This document shows positions 1 to 14,373 of a stretch of 64,000 nucleotides of DNA, piece after piece (the first letter of the stretch is position 1; each line of letters opens with the position of its first letter). A program made the position numbers and the translations under genes. A model generated the notes under the pieces. It saw nothing but the letters and a program-made list of their open reading frames with translations, had not been told where the DNA came from and ran no database searches. The stretch is taken from contig NW_005434617.1 in assembly GCF_000315625.1 (NCBI RefSeq), positions 241,757 to 305,756 of the forward strand, written 5' to 3'. The DNA is from Guillardia theta CCMP2712 (Eukaryota > Protista > Cryptophyta).

Positions 1-323
1 AGGAGGAGGAGGAGCATTGGATTCACCTGCGGGAGGAGAGGATGATGTGACCGAGAAAATCTTCCCCGAGGTGGCGAGACATCTCCTCTCCGATCTTCTT
101 CTCGCGCGAGGACAAACACTTCTTGTCTGTCACGATGTCCAGGAGAGCCTGAGGAGGGTGAGGAGCAAGGAGAAGGAGCAAAGGAGAAGGAGCAAGGGGA
201 GGAGGAGGGGGAGGGGGAGGGGGAGGGGGAAGAAAAAGGAGGTGGGAAGGATTGGAAGTGGGAAGAGAGGAAGGTGGGGAGCAGAACAGAGGAGGGTTTG
301 GATGTAGACCTGGAGGAGGACAG

Positions 324-374
<51 letters not shown>

Positions 375-375
375 T

Positions 376-406
<31 letters not shown>

Positions 407-1260
407 AGAGACCTGTGCGGCAAACGTGGAGATGGTCGTGTCCTCCCTGTGATTGTTGATGCATCTTGCAAGGAGTGGAAGGAAATTCTCGTCCACCATT
501 GGAGCCCTGCGGGCGTGTTGATGAGGGCGATGAAGGCGGGGGAAGCAGCCGATCATCAGCACAACTCCTCACTTGCTGCCTCTACTTCTCTTCCTCCCTC
601 CCCCTCCCCTTCCCCCTCCCCCTCCCCTCCTTTCTTCCTTCTCTCCCTCTCCCTCGCTCCCTTACTCTCCCTCCCTTACCCCCTCCTCATTCTCTCGCTC
701 CCTGACTTTCTCGCTCCCTCCCTCCCATTCACCTCGTCACAGACTTGATCGTGAGGTTTCGGATGGCGAAGAGAACTTCGAAGAGGGTGACTTGGGGGAG
801 GCTGACGCTGCTGCTGTCCCTTGCCGGCTGGCCCAGACTGTCCTGCACGCTCCTCTCCAGTGCTGCTCTCAACACCTTCCAGGTCTTGCTGGGGATGTCT
901 GGAGGGAGTGAGGTTAAGGCTGTGGGAGAGAGGAGAGAGCAGGAAGATAGGAAGAGGAGGAGGAGGAGGAGGAAAAGGAAGAGGAGGAGGAGGAAGAGGA
1001 AGAGGAGGAGGAGGAGGAGGAGGAGGAGGAGGAGGCGGAGAGGGAGGGAGAGAGCAGGAGAGAAGAGCAGGGAAGAGGAGGAGGGGGAGGAGGGGGAGGA
1101 GGGGGAGGCAATTTCTCACCGACCACGACGGTCTCATTGGTGAGGAGCGGGGACAGGGCAAGGCAGAGGATGAGGAGGATCTCCTCCTCCCTTGGCCGTA
1201 GGTCAACGTGCTCTATCAGCTCGTTGCAGACTTTGCAAAGGAGCTGACTCTGATGAAGGT
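1..1260 (+). CDS. Partial multi-exon gene of unknown function
   Basis: Non-repetitive exon-like stretches (DSPAGGEDDVTEKIFPEVARHLLSDLLL; KEWKEILVHHWSPAGVLMRAM; VNVLYQLVADFAKELTLMK) separated by microsatellite-rich GT..AG segments. Exon structure not resolved. Confidence 0.35.
322..404. repeat. (GCAGGA)n hexamer microsatellite
   Basis: Direct observation; the same unit recurs at ~36985-37056, 38450-38490 and 39195-39360. Confidence 0.95.
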
Positions 1261-1304
1261 GATGAGAAAGGAACGTGGAGGAGGAGAAGGGGGAGAGGAG
1301 AAGG

Positions 1305-1348
<44 letters not shown>

Positions 1349-1449
1349 AATGATGATGATGATGAGAGGAGGAGAGGAGGAGAGGAGGAGAGGAGAACAA
1401 GTGGAAGCAGAGGAGTAGGAAGAGAAGAGTAGAGGACGGGGAGAAGGAG

Positions 1450-5269
<3,820 letters not shown>

Positions 5270-5779
5270 GAAGGGGAGGGGTCCCGAGATCAGCGGAGGG
5301 GGCAGGAGCCGGTTGAACTCGCTTACTTGTTCGATGCCAACAATCCTTCAGATCTCATGGACTCCGCTGACATTGCTTCCTCTCCCCTCCTCTCCCGTCT
5401 TCTCCTTCCCGCATCGCCCTTGCCAGCAATGTCCCTTCCTTCATGGCTGTCGGGGAGAGCACAGGGTTGAGTAAAATGCTTTTAGTACAGCAAAACTTGA
5501 CTACCCCACCCACGTTCATCTCACTCTTTCTAACCCAATATATGATATACCTCATATGGTAGGAAAATATACCGGTACTTCAAGTACCCCACCTACAAAA
5601 TTGAGAATTTTTCATTCTGCTCTGTAAACAAGTCCGCCTCAACTATTATGAAAGAATGAATCATAAGGCAGAAAGCTTTAAAAGGCATGTCGACATCGGA
5701 TTGCCGATGGGGGCAGCACAGGATCGATGGGAACTGGCCAGGGTGGAGGAGAGCAGTACGAAGACAGAGTTGGACGAGG

Positions 5780-5878
5780 AGCAGGCAGCAGGCAGCAGGC
5801 AGCAGGCAGCAGGCAGCAGGCAGCAGGCAGCAGGCAGCAGGCAGCAGGCAGCAGGCAGCAGGCAGCAGGCAGCAGGCA
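5780..5878. repeat. (GCAGGCA)n heptamer tandem repeat
   Basis: About 14 copies seen directly. Confidence 0.9.
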
Positions 5879-5938
5879 GAGAATAGGTCAAGTTTCCGGT
5901 GGTTGTCGAGTCCTCAAGGGCTCAAGGCCGAGGGGGTC

Positions 5939-7509
5939 ATGCTTGAACTACCGCCTCCCAGCTCTTGGGACATGCTGGCCTACTACCTCAACTTGCTTCC
6001 TCTCGCTCTAGCTGCAGCATGGCGGGCAGTGTTCTGGTCATTGGGTATACGAATGTGCATCCTATCCTCTCCTCCGGAGAAGCGATGGGAAGAGGGGGAG
6101 AGCTGTGCAGGATGTCCGAGGTACGTGAGCAAGCCTCTCGCGCGACAGGCGGGGAGGGGGAAGGAAATTTCTGCCATCACCTTGCTTCTAGTCGAGAGGA
6201 GGGTGTATCACTTCCCCCACACTCACGGGAGGCTGTTCCCGGATCACATCCGAGGTGTAGCAGACATCTTGCAGCAGTGGAATCAGCCGCACGAGATCTG
6301 CATGGCGGGGTTGTTTCATTCGTGCTACGCAACCGAGATGTTCCCGTAAGACAGCGAGTCAGGATCGCACTCCCTACTGAGAGGAGCATGTTGACAGATG
6401 GAAGCTCTTCTCGCTCACCGAGAGATCGAGGCTGCAAGAAACCCTCGGGCAAGAGGTGGAAGAGATCGTCTTCCTGTACTGCACATGCTCGCAGAACGGC
6501 ATCTATCGGCAGGTGAAGAGCCTCATGCGACGTGGGCAGGACATCCCAGCGGAGGGGTTGTAAGTTCCGTTCCCTCCTCTCCTCCAGCCTTGAGCTCTTC
6601 CTACTCAGCCTGGTCACCAACTATTACACCGGGCAACAGTGCTATCTCCCTCACAAGCTCGCAGCCAAGGTTCTAGTCGTGCTGGGTGAGATGACGTGGA
6701 GAGGCTGTCACGTCTTGCTCACCGTGCCTGCAGGGGCGGACTTGATGGAGCAGGATCCATTCTTTGACCTCTACCTGTCGTGCGCGTGCTTGAAGATCGC
6801 GTCGAGGCACCTCCAGGTAACGTCTGGACATGGCGATGGTTGAGACTGATGCGGGACCGGCAGGAAACTCCTCGCCTCGTCTCCCTGCTCGATCGGGCTG
6901 GGTTCTTCCAGAAGAATGAGAAGGAGGTTCTTCAATCTGCTACCCACCATGGAGGTGCTAAGCTTGCATCCCTAGGTCAGAGAAGTGTCGAAGGCGGCCA
7001 AGAAAGCACTGTCAGAGGCCTTCAGCAGCACAAGATCCGCGAGCGGACAAGATGAGCTGCAAGCCAGATTGACGAAACTTCACCGGCAAGCCCCATGGCT
7101 TTTCGAAGGAGCAGTCGAGTTGAGCAGACTGACTGACGAAGCACTCAGCGACGAGGAGAGGTGAGAGGAATCGTCATCAGATATGTGCCGACTTGTTCGC
7201 ATTCGCATATGATGCACTCTTTTGTTCTTGATATCCGATGGTGATCGATTTCATGCTTCCGTACCTGCGATCCAACAACTCTTCCAATTTCCTCGTGTCT
7301 GTCAACTGCCATGTTCGCTGTCCACATTCTCCTTCTCCTTCTGCAACTCTGCATCCCTTGTTTGCCTCCTCAGTCTGTCGTCTTGCAAGAGGGCACGTAA
7401 GAGCTCTTGCTCACCGGCAATGCAGGCTGATCTCGAGGCAATGGAGCGAAGCGTGGGGGACGAGGTGGTCGCGTCCCTCAACCGCCATGGAAACACGGCG
7501 GTATGCTGA
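5939..7509 (+). CDS. DUF6817-like (HD-related) multi-exon protein; 3' end uncertain
   Basis: PHTHGRLFPDHIRGVADILQQWNQPHEICMAGLFHSCYATEMFP / WKLFSLTERSRLQETLGQEVEEIVFLYC and later ADLMEQ match my recollection of the DUF6817 pattern H..G..L..HL.GV..L..W......AGL.HS.YGT. Canonical short introns join the exons. Confidence 0.65.
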
Positions 7510-7792
7510 GACCTCATTGCTTCGACAGACATGAACAATCGAGCATGCTGATGATGCTGTGGAAAACACGCATGTCAGTTACATAAATCGATAGAGAGGC
7601 TCAATGTGCCATGTCGATGCGAATCATAGACTTTCAACAATGACTGTTCAAGTCTGTCCATGACACATTCCACTTTTTGTCTCGGACTTGGAAGTGAAAT
7701 GCGAGGCTCAAATTAAGAAGACAACTTGTTTAACATCTTACTTTACAAGAAACGTATTGTACACAGGCAGCAAAGGGCTTCCCTACTACCAG

Positions 7793-8287
7793 TTAGATCA
7801 TCTCCAAGAGATTAGATTGGGACATCTTTCGAGCCACAATACTCGCGTAGAATCGGCTCCCACTGCTTCTCTTCATCAGCTGCAGGTTCGACTGGCTGCC
7901 ACGAGGCGTGCTTGCTCCAGTGTTGGTTGGGGACGGGCTTCGTCTGACGGGGGACGGGCTTCGCCTTGAGCGATCATCCGATGTCGGGCTCGGTGACTTT
8001 CTCATAGTGTCAGTTCTCAACCTCTGATGCATGGTTGTCTGTTGCTTGACAGCGACGTTGACTGTGACGTTCTGGCGCTTCTTCTCTTCAATCTTCCTCC
8101 GTTTCTTCTGAAGCAAACCAACGAAGAATGCAATAACTACAAAGGCTGAGACCATCACCATTATCAACCCCCAAGCCCAGTTCCTCTCATCGTTGAAGCG
8201 TTGGATTTCGTCCTGAAGCTTTTCTTTGAACGCTTGGTCATGAATGTGATGGTAAGTGGCAAAAGGGTGGCTCAACGAAGCTTCCAT
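7793..8287 (-). CDS. Unknown single-pass membrane protein, family copy A (164 aa, intronless)
   Basis: ORF MEASLSHP...; TM WAWGLIMVMVSAFVVIAFFVGLL followed by KKRRK; RSPSP repeats; C-terminal RSSGSRFYASIVARK shared with copies B and C. Confidence 0.8.
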   Translation of the reverse strand: MEASLSHPFATYHHIHDQAFKEKLQDEIQRFNDERNWAWGLIMVMVSAFVVIAFFVGLLQKKRRKIEEKKRQNVTVNVAVKQQTTMHQRLRTDTMRKSPSPTSDDRSRRSPSPVRRSPSPTNTGASTPRGSQSNLQLMKRSSGSRFYASIVARKMSQSNLLEMI

Positions 8288-9416
8288 AATCACTGGGTGA
8301 CAGTAGAAATCCGCAGTAGAAATAGAAAGTCTGAGAAGAAGGAAGAAAGCAGAGGAGAAGTAAGAGTGATTGAGGAGATTTAGGACAGGGATTCACTTGA
8401 TATGCCTGAAAGTAGCCAAGGAGGAAAAGATTGCTTCTGCTTATTCTCCGTCCTCTCACGCTCGCCCTCCGTTCTCGTTGGCTTTTCTACCCTCGCTGGC
8501 CCCCTACAAAGATATTAACCACCCTACCCTTTTGATATACATATCTACTGACCATTGATACCCCACCCCCAGATGTATTTCCATGATCACAGATAACCCA
8601 CCTTTTCTAGGAGATAAACAGGGGTACTGAAGTACCCTACCTCTACAGTATATCCCAACCGATTTCTGGTGCAGCCCACCCCCCAGGTTCCGTCGATTCG
8701 CTTCGTCCTCTGCTTTGCTCCAAATCTCGAAAACCACATCCTTTCGGTATATCAAGATCTCCCGGTACCACCCACCCCCCACAGCGAGAAGCGCTATGGA
8801 GTCACACTATACCTGTAGCATGAATATTTCTCAATTGGGATGATATCAAATATTGGGATACATCGAATGCTCTCAACTAGGTCAGCGAGATTGGGTAGGT
8901 GCGGAATAGGAAAACCGACAACTGTTGGCGCTTCCGGACTCTCGGAACGATCCTGTGCTGACATAACTGCGTGATCCGGGATCAATTAAAACAGTTATTA
9001 TATTTTTGATGACAGTCTATGTGGATCAAATGTAGTCTTTTCACCTTGACAGTACGTAATGCGGCCATTACAAAGTTTTCATTCCGAGACTATCGAGGAC
9101 ATGACGTTCCAAAGGGTCAGCCAATTAGCTGAGAGGCCCGGCGTCACTGCAAAGTGCAATTGTTGGTTCGGAACGCGCTGACGGATCTCTTGAGATACTG
9201 ATTGTATCTCGTGACGTATCCGTCAGCATGTTGTCAGCATTAGCAGTGTAACTGTAGTAATCATCCGGATATATCCGACAGGACTGCCTTGCTGACACGC
9301 AATCTTCAGATGCTGGTATATCTCACGAGCTGAGTATAGTAAAAAAAGGGCAACTGTGGTAAACTCATATCAATTCATTGGCTCTCTGGCCTGGGCGACG
9401 GAACCCGTGCGCCACG

Positions 9417-9857
9417 ATGGAGCCGACACCGCTCAGCCCCCTCCCCTCCCACCATCCCCTCGACGACCACCAAGCCATCAGATACGCCCTCCGTAGCGAC
9501 ATGCAGCGCCTCGAGACCGAGAGGACGCTGCTGATCTGGGGGATCATGCTCGCGACGGCTACGGTGATCGCAGTGCTTCTGGGGTACATCTACGCGGGCC
9601 TGCACGAGCGGAGACGCAAGGACGTTCGACCGAAGAGGCTGGCGAGCTACAGGCTGAGCGAGGAGGAGACTATGGGATGGGCAAGGCTGGAGGGCGAGAA
9701 GAGGTCACCCAGCCCGGCGGGTGAGGAGCAGATGCCGAGGACACAACGCAGAGTATCTCCGAGGGGAGGGGGAGGTGTGCCAGGGATAGTGAGGACGAGC
9801 AGCGGGAGCCGATACTACGCGAGCCTGGTCAGTCGGAAGGTGATGATGAGATCATAA
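9417..9857 (+). CDS. Unknown single-pass membrane protein, family copy B (146 aa, intronless)
   Basis: TM LLIWGIMLATATVIAVLLGYIYAGL then ERRRK; RSPSP; C-terminal RTSSGSRYYASLVSRK; near-identical to 10659-11105. Confidence 0.85.
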   Translation: MEPTPLSPLPSHHPLDDHQAIRYALRSDMQRLETERTLLIWGIMLATATVIAVLLGYIYAGLHERRRKDVRPKRLASYRLSEEETMGWARLEGEKRSPSPAGEEQMPRTQRRVSPRGGGGVPGIVRTSSGSRYYASLVSRKVMMRS

Positions 9858-10658
9858 TCGTCTAAAAAACTCTGTAAACTATTTTATTGTTTCGATTAAA
9901 CCTGGGGATAGTTGTTGCGACAAGCTCTTAGAATATCTGATGTTTGTGCATGGATGATCAAAATTTGAAGGGCCCTCGCACATCAAGCGGAACTGAGACC
10001 AGAACCGTGATCAGTCCGTGCAAAGTGTGCGATTGACATTCATCCTCAAGCTAGTCATGCAGATGCAGTCTCAAAGGTAAGCCAAGCTGGAGCAAAATGC
10101 ATTAGAAGTTCACTCCTGTGGTCACCAAGACATAGCGACTCCCGAGGTTGGTTGCCTCTTCTCCTACTTAGTGTGATGTGAAACAGCAACGATCAAGCAG
10201 CTTACAAGATGTGAGAACACGAGAATGATGAGACGACCTTGTGATACCGCATGCCAGCATGAGCAACCATTCTGACCCTTTACTCAAAGTTAAGTTAAAA
10301 TCGGTACGAGGCACGTACAAAGGCAGGTGAACCTCTCCCGGAGCCGATTGGGGCAAGTTGACCGGCACACCCGCCGAGAGTTCCGGCGGAAATATCCGGG
10401 GAGTCGGATACTTCCGATGCTGTAGTAAAAAAACTGGTACAGTAAAGAAAAGGTACAGTTTAGACTCGTGACACACTCGCTCACCCTCCCTCCCTCCCTC
10501 CCTCTCTTCACACTCCCTCCCTCCCTCCCTCACTCACTCACTCACTCACTCACTCACTCCACACGCCCTCCATCCATCCATCCATCCACCCTCCCTCCAT
10601 CAACCCTCCCTCCCTCACTCCCTCCCGCTCTTCACACTCCCTTACTCAAGGCTCTGGT

Positions 10659-11105
10659 ATGGAACCTTCGCCGCTCAGCCCCCTCCCCTCCCACCATCCC
10701 CTCGACGACCACCAAGCCATCAGATACGCCCTCCGTAGCGACATGCAGCGCCTCGAGACCGAGAGGACGCTGCTGATCTGGGGGATCATGCTCGCGACGG
10801 CTACGGTGATCGCAGTGCTTCTGGGGTACATCTACGCGGGCCTGCACGAGCGGAGACGCAAGGAAGCTCGACCGAAGAGGCTGGCGAGCTACAGGCTGAG
10901 CGAGGAGGAGACTATGGGATACAGGAGGGCAAGGCTGGAGGGCGAGAAGAGGTCACCCAGCCCGGCGGGGGAGGCGGCACAAAGGAGGGCATCATCTGGG
11001 GGCTCTCCAAGGGGGGGGGGAGGTGTGCCAGGGATGGTGAGGACGAGCAGCGGGAGCCGATACTACGCGAGCCTGGTCAGTCGGAAGGTGATGATGAGAT
11101 CATAA
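10659..11105 (+). CDS. Unknown single-pass membrane protein, family copy C (148 aa), recent tandem duplicate of copy B
   Basis: DNA nearly identical to 9417-9857 over most of the CDS; differences keep the reading frame and cluster in the Ser/Pro/Arg linker. Confidence 0.85.
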   Translation: MEPSPLSPLPSHHPLDDHQAIRYALRSDMQRLETERTLLIWGIMLATATVIAVLLGYIYAGLHERRRKEARPKRLASYRLSEEETMGYRRARLEGEKRSPSPAGEAAQRRASSGGSPRGGGGVPGMVRTSSGSRYYASLVSRKVMMRS

Positions 11106-12347
11106 GGTTGCGAAGGTGGAACGATGGAGAAGAGGAGGCTTCAAAACGGATTCAATAACATTTTGTGCAAACTTGTATCGGACCCCCTGACTCAGTGACG
11201 AAAAATCATTTGTACATCTCAATAAACCACTAAACGTTTGAATGAACTTCTCCCAGTCTACGAGATATTGTTGCTCTTCACGAAATTCTTCAGCAGTATG
11301 AGAGTTCAATCAATGGTATGATCAAAATCTTGTCCATCTTCTTCAACTCCGTTACAATCACAAAGCAAAGCGATACCTTGTTATCGTTATGAATATTCAC
11401 CAGAACCATTTTCTACATCATCAAATCTATCATCCTCAACAAAAAAAACTCGTTATCATGATAACAACTTTTTACATAACCCTCCATTCATCTAATTCGA
11501 ACGATCATCAAATTTTCCATATTCGTTGTCTTGTTGTTGTCATGCTTGACTTCTGTGTCATCTATCAATCATAATCAATACTATCCTTGTGGACAGAAAA
11601 AGTAAATGATCATTCCTATCTTTGACAACCTCCTTCCAGCGCACCATCAGACAACTGATTCCTCTGTCATCAAACAGCTGAAGTTCTGAAACCAATCGTT
11701 CAGGAATGTTGTGACTTGGAATGACACTCTCGCTCAACTTCCCTGCCTCTCCCGCCCCTTTCTTCTTTACATCTTCCCATCTGTCTTCCCTGTTCCTTTC
11801 CAACCCTGTCTGTCTCACTTTCATTCGTTCTCTCCCAACCTCCCTGACGCAGACAATCTGTCCTCTTCCAAAAATGCAGCAACCCCTTTCGCCTTCACAT
11901 CCTCCCCCAAATCTCCTTCTCTCTCCCTCTCTTCAGGGATCTCATACTGCAGTACTCACACATAAGAAGTACGCGTGGCCCTCTCTCATCGTCAAACAGT
12001 AAAGAATAAGTGATTTTGCACTATCGCAACTCTCAGCCGGACACAGATCAATGAAATGGCTACTTATCATTGCAGCTAAAGCTCTTTGGATCGTCACCAT
12101 CGTTCTCCTGTATTGACATGAGGGATGGCGCTCAGAATTCCTGCGACCGAGCAGAGCGACCATGCAAACTTTCTTATGCTTTTCTGAACCTCTTGAAAGG
12201 TAGGACATCACACAAACAAAGTCATCCATCAGAATATACTTGTATCAGCCGATGCCTTGCTCCTGACAACACCGCCAGCATGGAGTTAAGCCATTTATTC
12301 CCCAAAAACATAACGACCTACGAGCTCTCGGTTTCACTCAAAAATGC

Positions 12348-12659
12348 TTACTTCCTCTTGAGGGTGGAGATGGTCTGCTGGAGGACGGAGTCGGCGGTGG
12401 CAGCAGAGACCTCGATCTTGACGGACTGGGCCTTGACGAGCATCTCGTCGTCCTGGGAGTTGGCCTTGGCGCCGGTGTACTCCTTGTTGGCGTGGGCGGT
12501 GCATCCCCTGTGGTCGAAGACGGTGATGACGGGGGCGCGTCCGGACTTGTCCATGGCCATGGAGAGGGAGGTGGCCGGGGAGCGAAGGCGGGGAGCAGGA
12601 GTGGAAGGAGCGAAGGCGGCGGCAGAGCCGATGAGAGCAGCGAAGGCAACGGAGCGCAT
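12348..12659 (-). CDS. cpeA: Cryptophyte phycoerythrin alpha subunit, short form without lumenal targeting domain (103 aa precursor)
   Basis: Signal peptide ending AAA|F, transit peptide, mature AMDKSGRAPVITVFDHRGC...KEYTGAKANSQDDEMLVK with the bilin-binding FDHRGC Cys; strong codon bias. Confidence 0.97.
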   Translation of the reverse strand: MRSVAFAALIGSAAAFAPSTPAPRLRSPATSLSMAMDKSGRAPVITVFDHRGCTAHANKEYTGAKANSQDDEMLVKAQSVKIEVSAATADSVLQQTISTLKRK

Positions 12660-12690
12660 GGCAGTGGATGACGCCGCTTTTTCTTCAATG

Positions 12691-12703
12691 CTTTTATAGC
12701 CCC
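12691..12703 (-). promoter_or_regulatory. TATA box (GGGGCTATAAAAG) of the minus-strand cpeA
   Basis: Lies ~32-44 nt upstream of the ATG; an identical 13-mer precedes the partner gene. Confidence 0.75.
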
Positions 12704-13935
12704 AATGTCCCACCCCCACCCTCACTCTAGCACTGGAGAAATGAAGGGTGGTTGCATAAGGGGGTGGATGAGCGTCCGAACCGAATGGTCGGAAGAAGGG
12801 GGACGGGCCGCGGGGGTGGGTAGAAAAAGGAAATAGGGTAGGTGGTGACGGTGGTCTCGAATCTTCCCTAGCACCCTTTGTTTGTTCGATGTTGATCTAG
12901 GTAGGGTAGCCCCAAGATTGTTTGAAGAGTTTGAAAAAACGTGTTTTGAAGAAAATAGTAACGTGACTTCTTTCCTGACGCGTATTATTTCTGAATTGAA
13001 AGGTCGCAGCTTGACCAATTTTTCTACCCTACCCCCAGGATCCCCCTACCAATAGCACCCCACCCTGGTAAAGGTGTCCTCCTTTCTATTGCAGAGGTCC
13101 ATGTACTGTACCCCCTTGCGCACAACTTTGCTGGTAAAAGGCAGGGGTCCATCCTATCCAAGATCCGCCCACTCGCAAGCTACAATTTCTTTCATCTTTC
13201 TGTCATGACCACCCCTCATTGCGACTACCCAAAGGCCACTGAAAACCCTACCCTTGACTGTTCCCCATTACTACTGCTGTGTTCCTTTTGCTCGATGTAC
13301 CCCTCCACTCGATGTACCCCTCCAGCAACCACCCCTCTGTTAGGTCAACCAGCCTCCATTCAGACCTTTACACCCCTGGTGGTGTTCGTTTTGTAGCTAT
13401 AGACATACACCCCATCGGAGACCACCCCAACTTCGAGGATTCATTGGGACACCGGTGGATTGTACAGCGGATCCCGGACGAAAGTTGGGTAGTCAGCAGG
13501 AGGGGTGGGGTGTGCTTTTAAAAACAAAAGAGGGGGAGGGGAGGGTCTGCTGTAGAAAAAGTGGCAAAAGATTCAGAGAGAGATAGCACCCGTCCTTTTC
13601 AGCAATATATAAGGGGTCAACCACCAGGAGACTGAAAAGAAAAGCTTGGGGGATTTAAATTTCAGAAAATGATTCATAAGATTAAAAATATAATAAATCT
13701 AAAAGTAAGTTATACAAGGGGGGTGGTAAAATACGGACGCATCTCTTTGTGACGGGAGGGAACGAGGGGTACTGGAAATTTAGGGCAATGGAGGGGGTTG
13801 TCAGATGACCATCAAGTTTTCGTGGCTAAAATGGTGTGGTAGGGTACTTATACACACCGGTTCTTTCGTCTCAAATGCAGTGGATTGAGGGGGTGAGGGT
13901 ATCCCCATCGGTCATTGGGGGTACCGGGGGGGGTC

Positions 13936-13948
13936 GGGGCTATAAAAG
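13936..13948 (+). promoter_or_regulatory. TATA box (GGGGCTATAAAAG) of the plus-strand cpeA
   Basis: Lies ~33-45 nt upstream of ATG 13981; identical to the partner's motif. Confidence 0.75.
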
Positions 13949-13980
13949 GAAGGGACGAAACAATCCACCACACCTCCGCC

Positions 13981-14373
13981 ATGCGCTCTGTTGCCTTCGC
14001 TGCCATCATCGGCTCTGCCGCCGCCTTCTCTCCCTCCATGTCCCTCGACGTCTCCCGCCGTCAGGTCGTCCAGACTGGAGCTGCTGCCGCCGCTGTCGCT
14101 CCCTTCCTCCAGCAGGTTCCTGCTCAGGCTGCCATGGACAAGTCCGGACGCGCCCCCGTCATCACCATCTTCGACCACAGGGGATGCACTGCTCACGCCA
14201 ACAAGGAGTACACCGGCGCCAAGGCTAACTCCCAGGACGACGAGATGTGCGTTAAGGTTGCCTCCGCCAAGATCGCCGTGTCTGAGGGAGACGCCGCGAA
14301 GAAGCTCCAGGAGTTCATCTCCTACCAGGCCAAGGGCATCGATGGACCCTACACTGGCAAGGGCAAGAAGTAA
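13981..14373 (+). CDS. cpeA: Cryptophyte phycoerythrin alpha subunit, long form with twin-arginine lumenal targeting domain (130 aa precursor)
   Basis: Signal peptide AAA|F, SRRQVVQTGAAAAAVAPFL...AQA Tat-type leader, FDHRGC bilin site, extended C-terminal loop KGIDGPYTGK. Confidence 0.97.
   Translation: MRSVAFAAIIGSAAAFSPSMSLDVSRRQVVQTGAAAAAVAPFLQQVPAQAAMDKSGRAPVITIFDHRGCTAHANKEYTGAKANSQDDEMCVKVASAKIAVSEGDAAKKLQEFISYQAKGIDGPYTGKGKK

Noticed and set aside
5780-5878. Tandem array as a CRISPR-like locus
   Set aside because: Simple heptamer repeat with no unique spacers, in a eukaryotic context with no cas genes.
12659-12725. N-terminal extensions of the cpeA ORFs in the ORF track (12725 and 13915 starts)
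   Set aside because: They begin at non-ATG codons upstream of the TATA boxes; the true starts are the matching MRSVAF ATGs.
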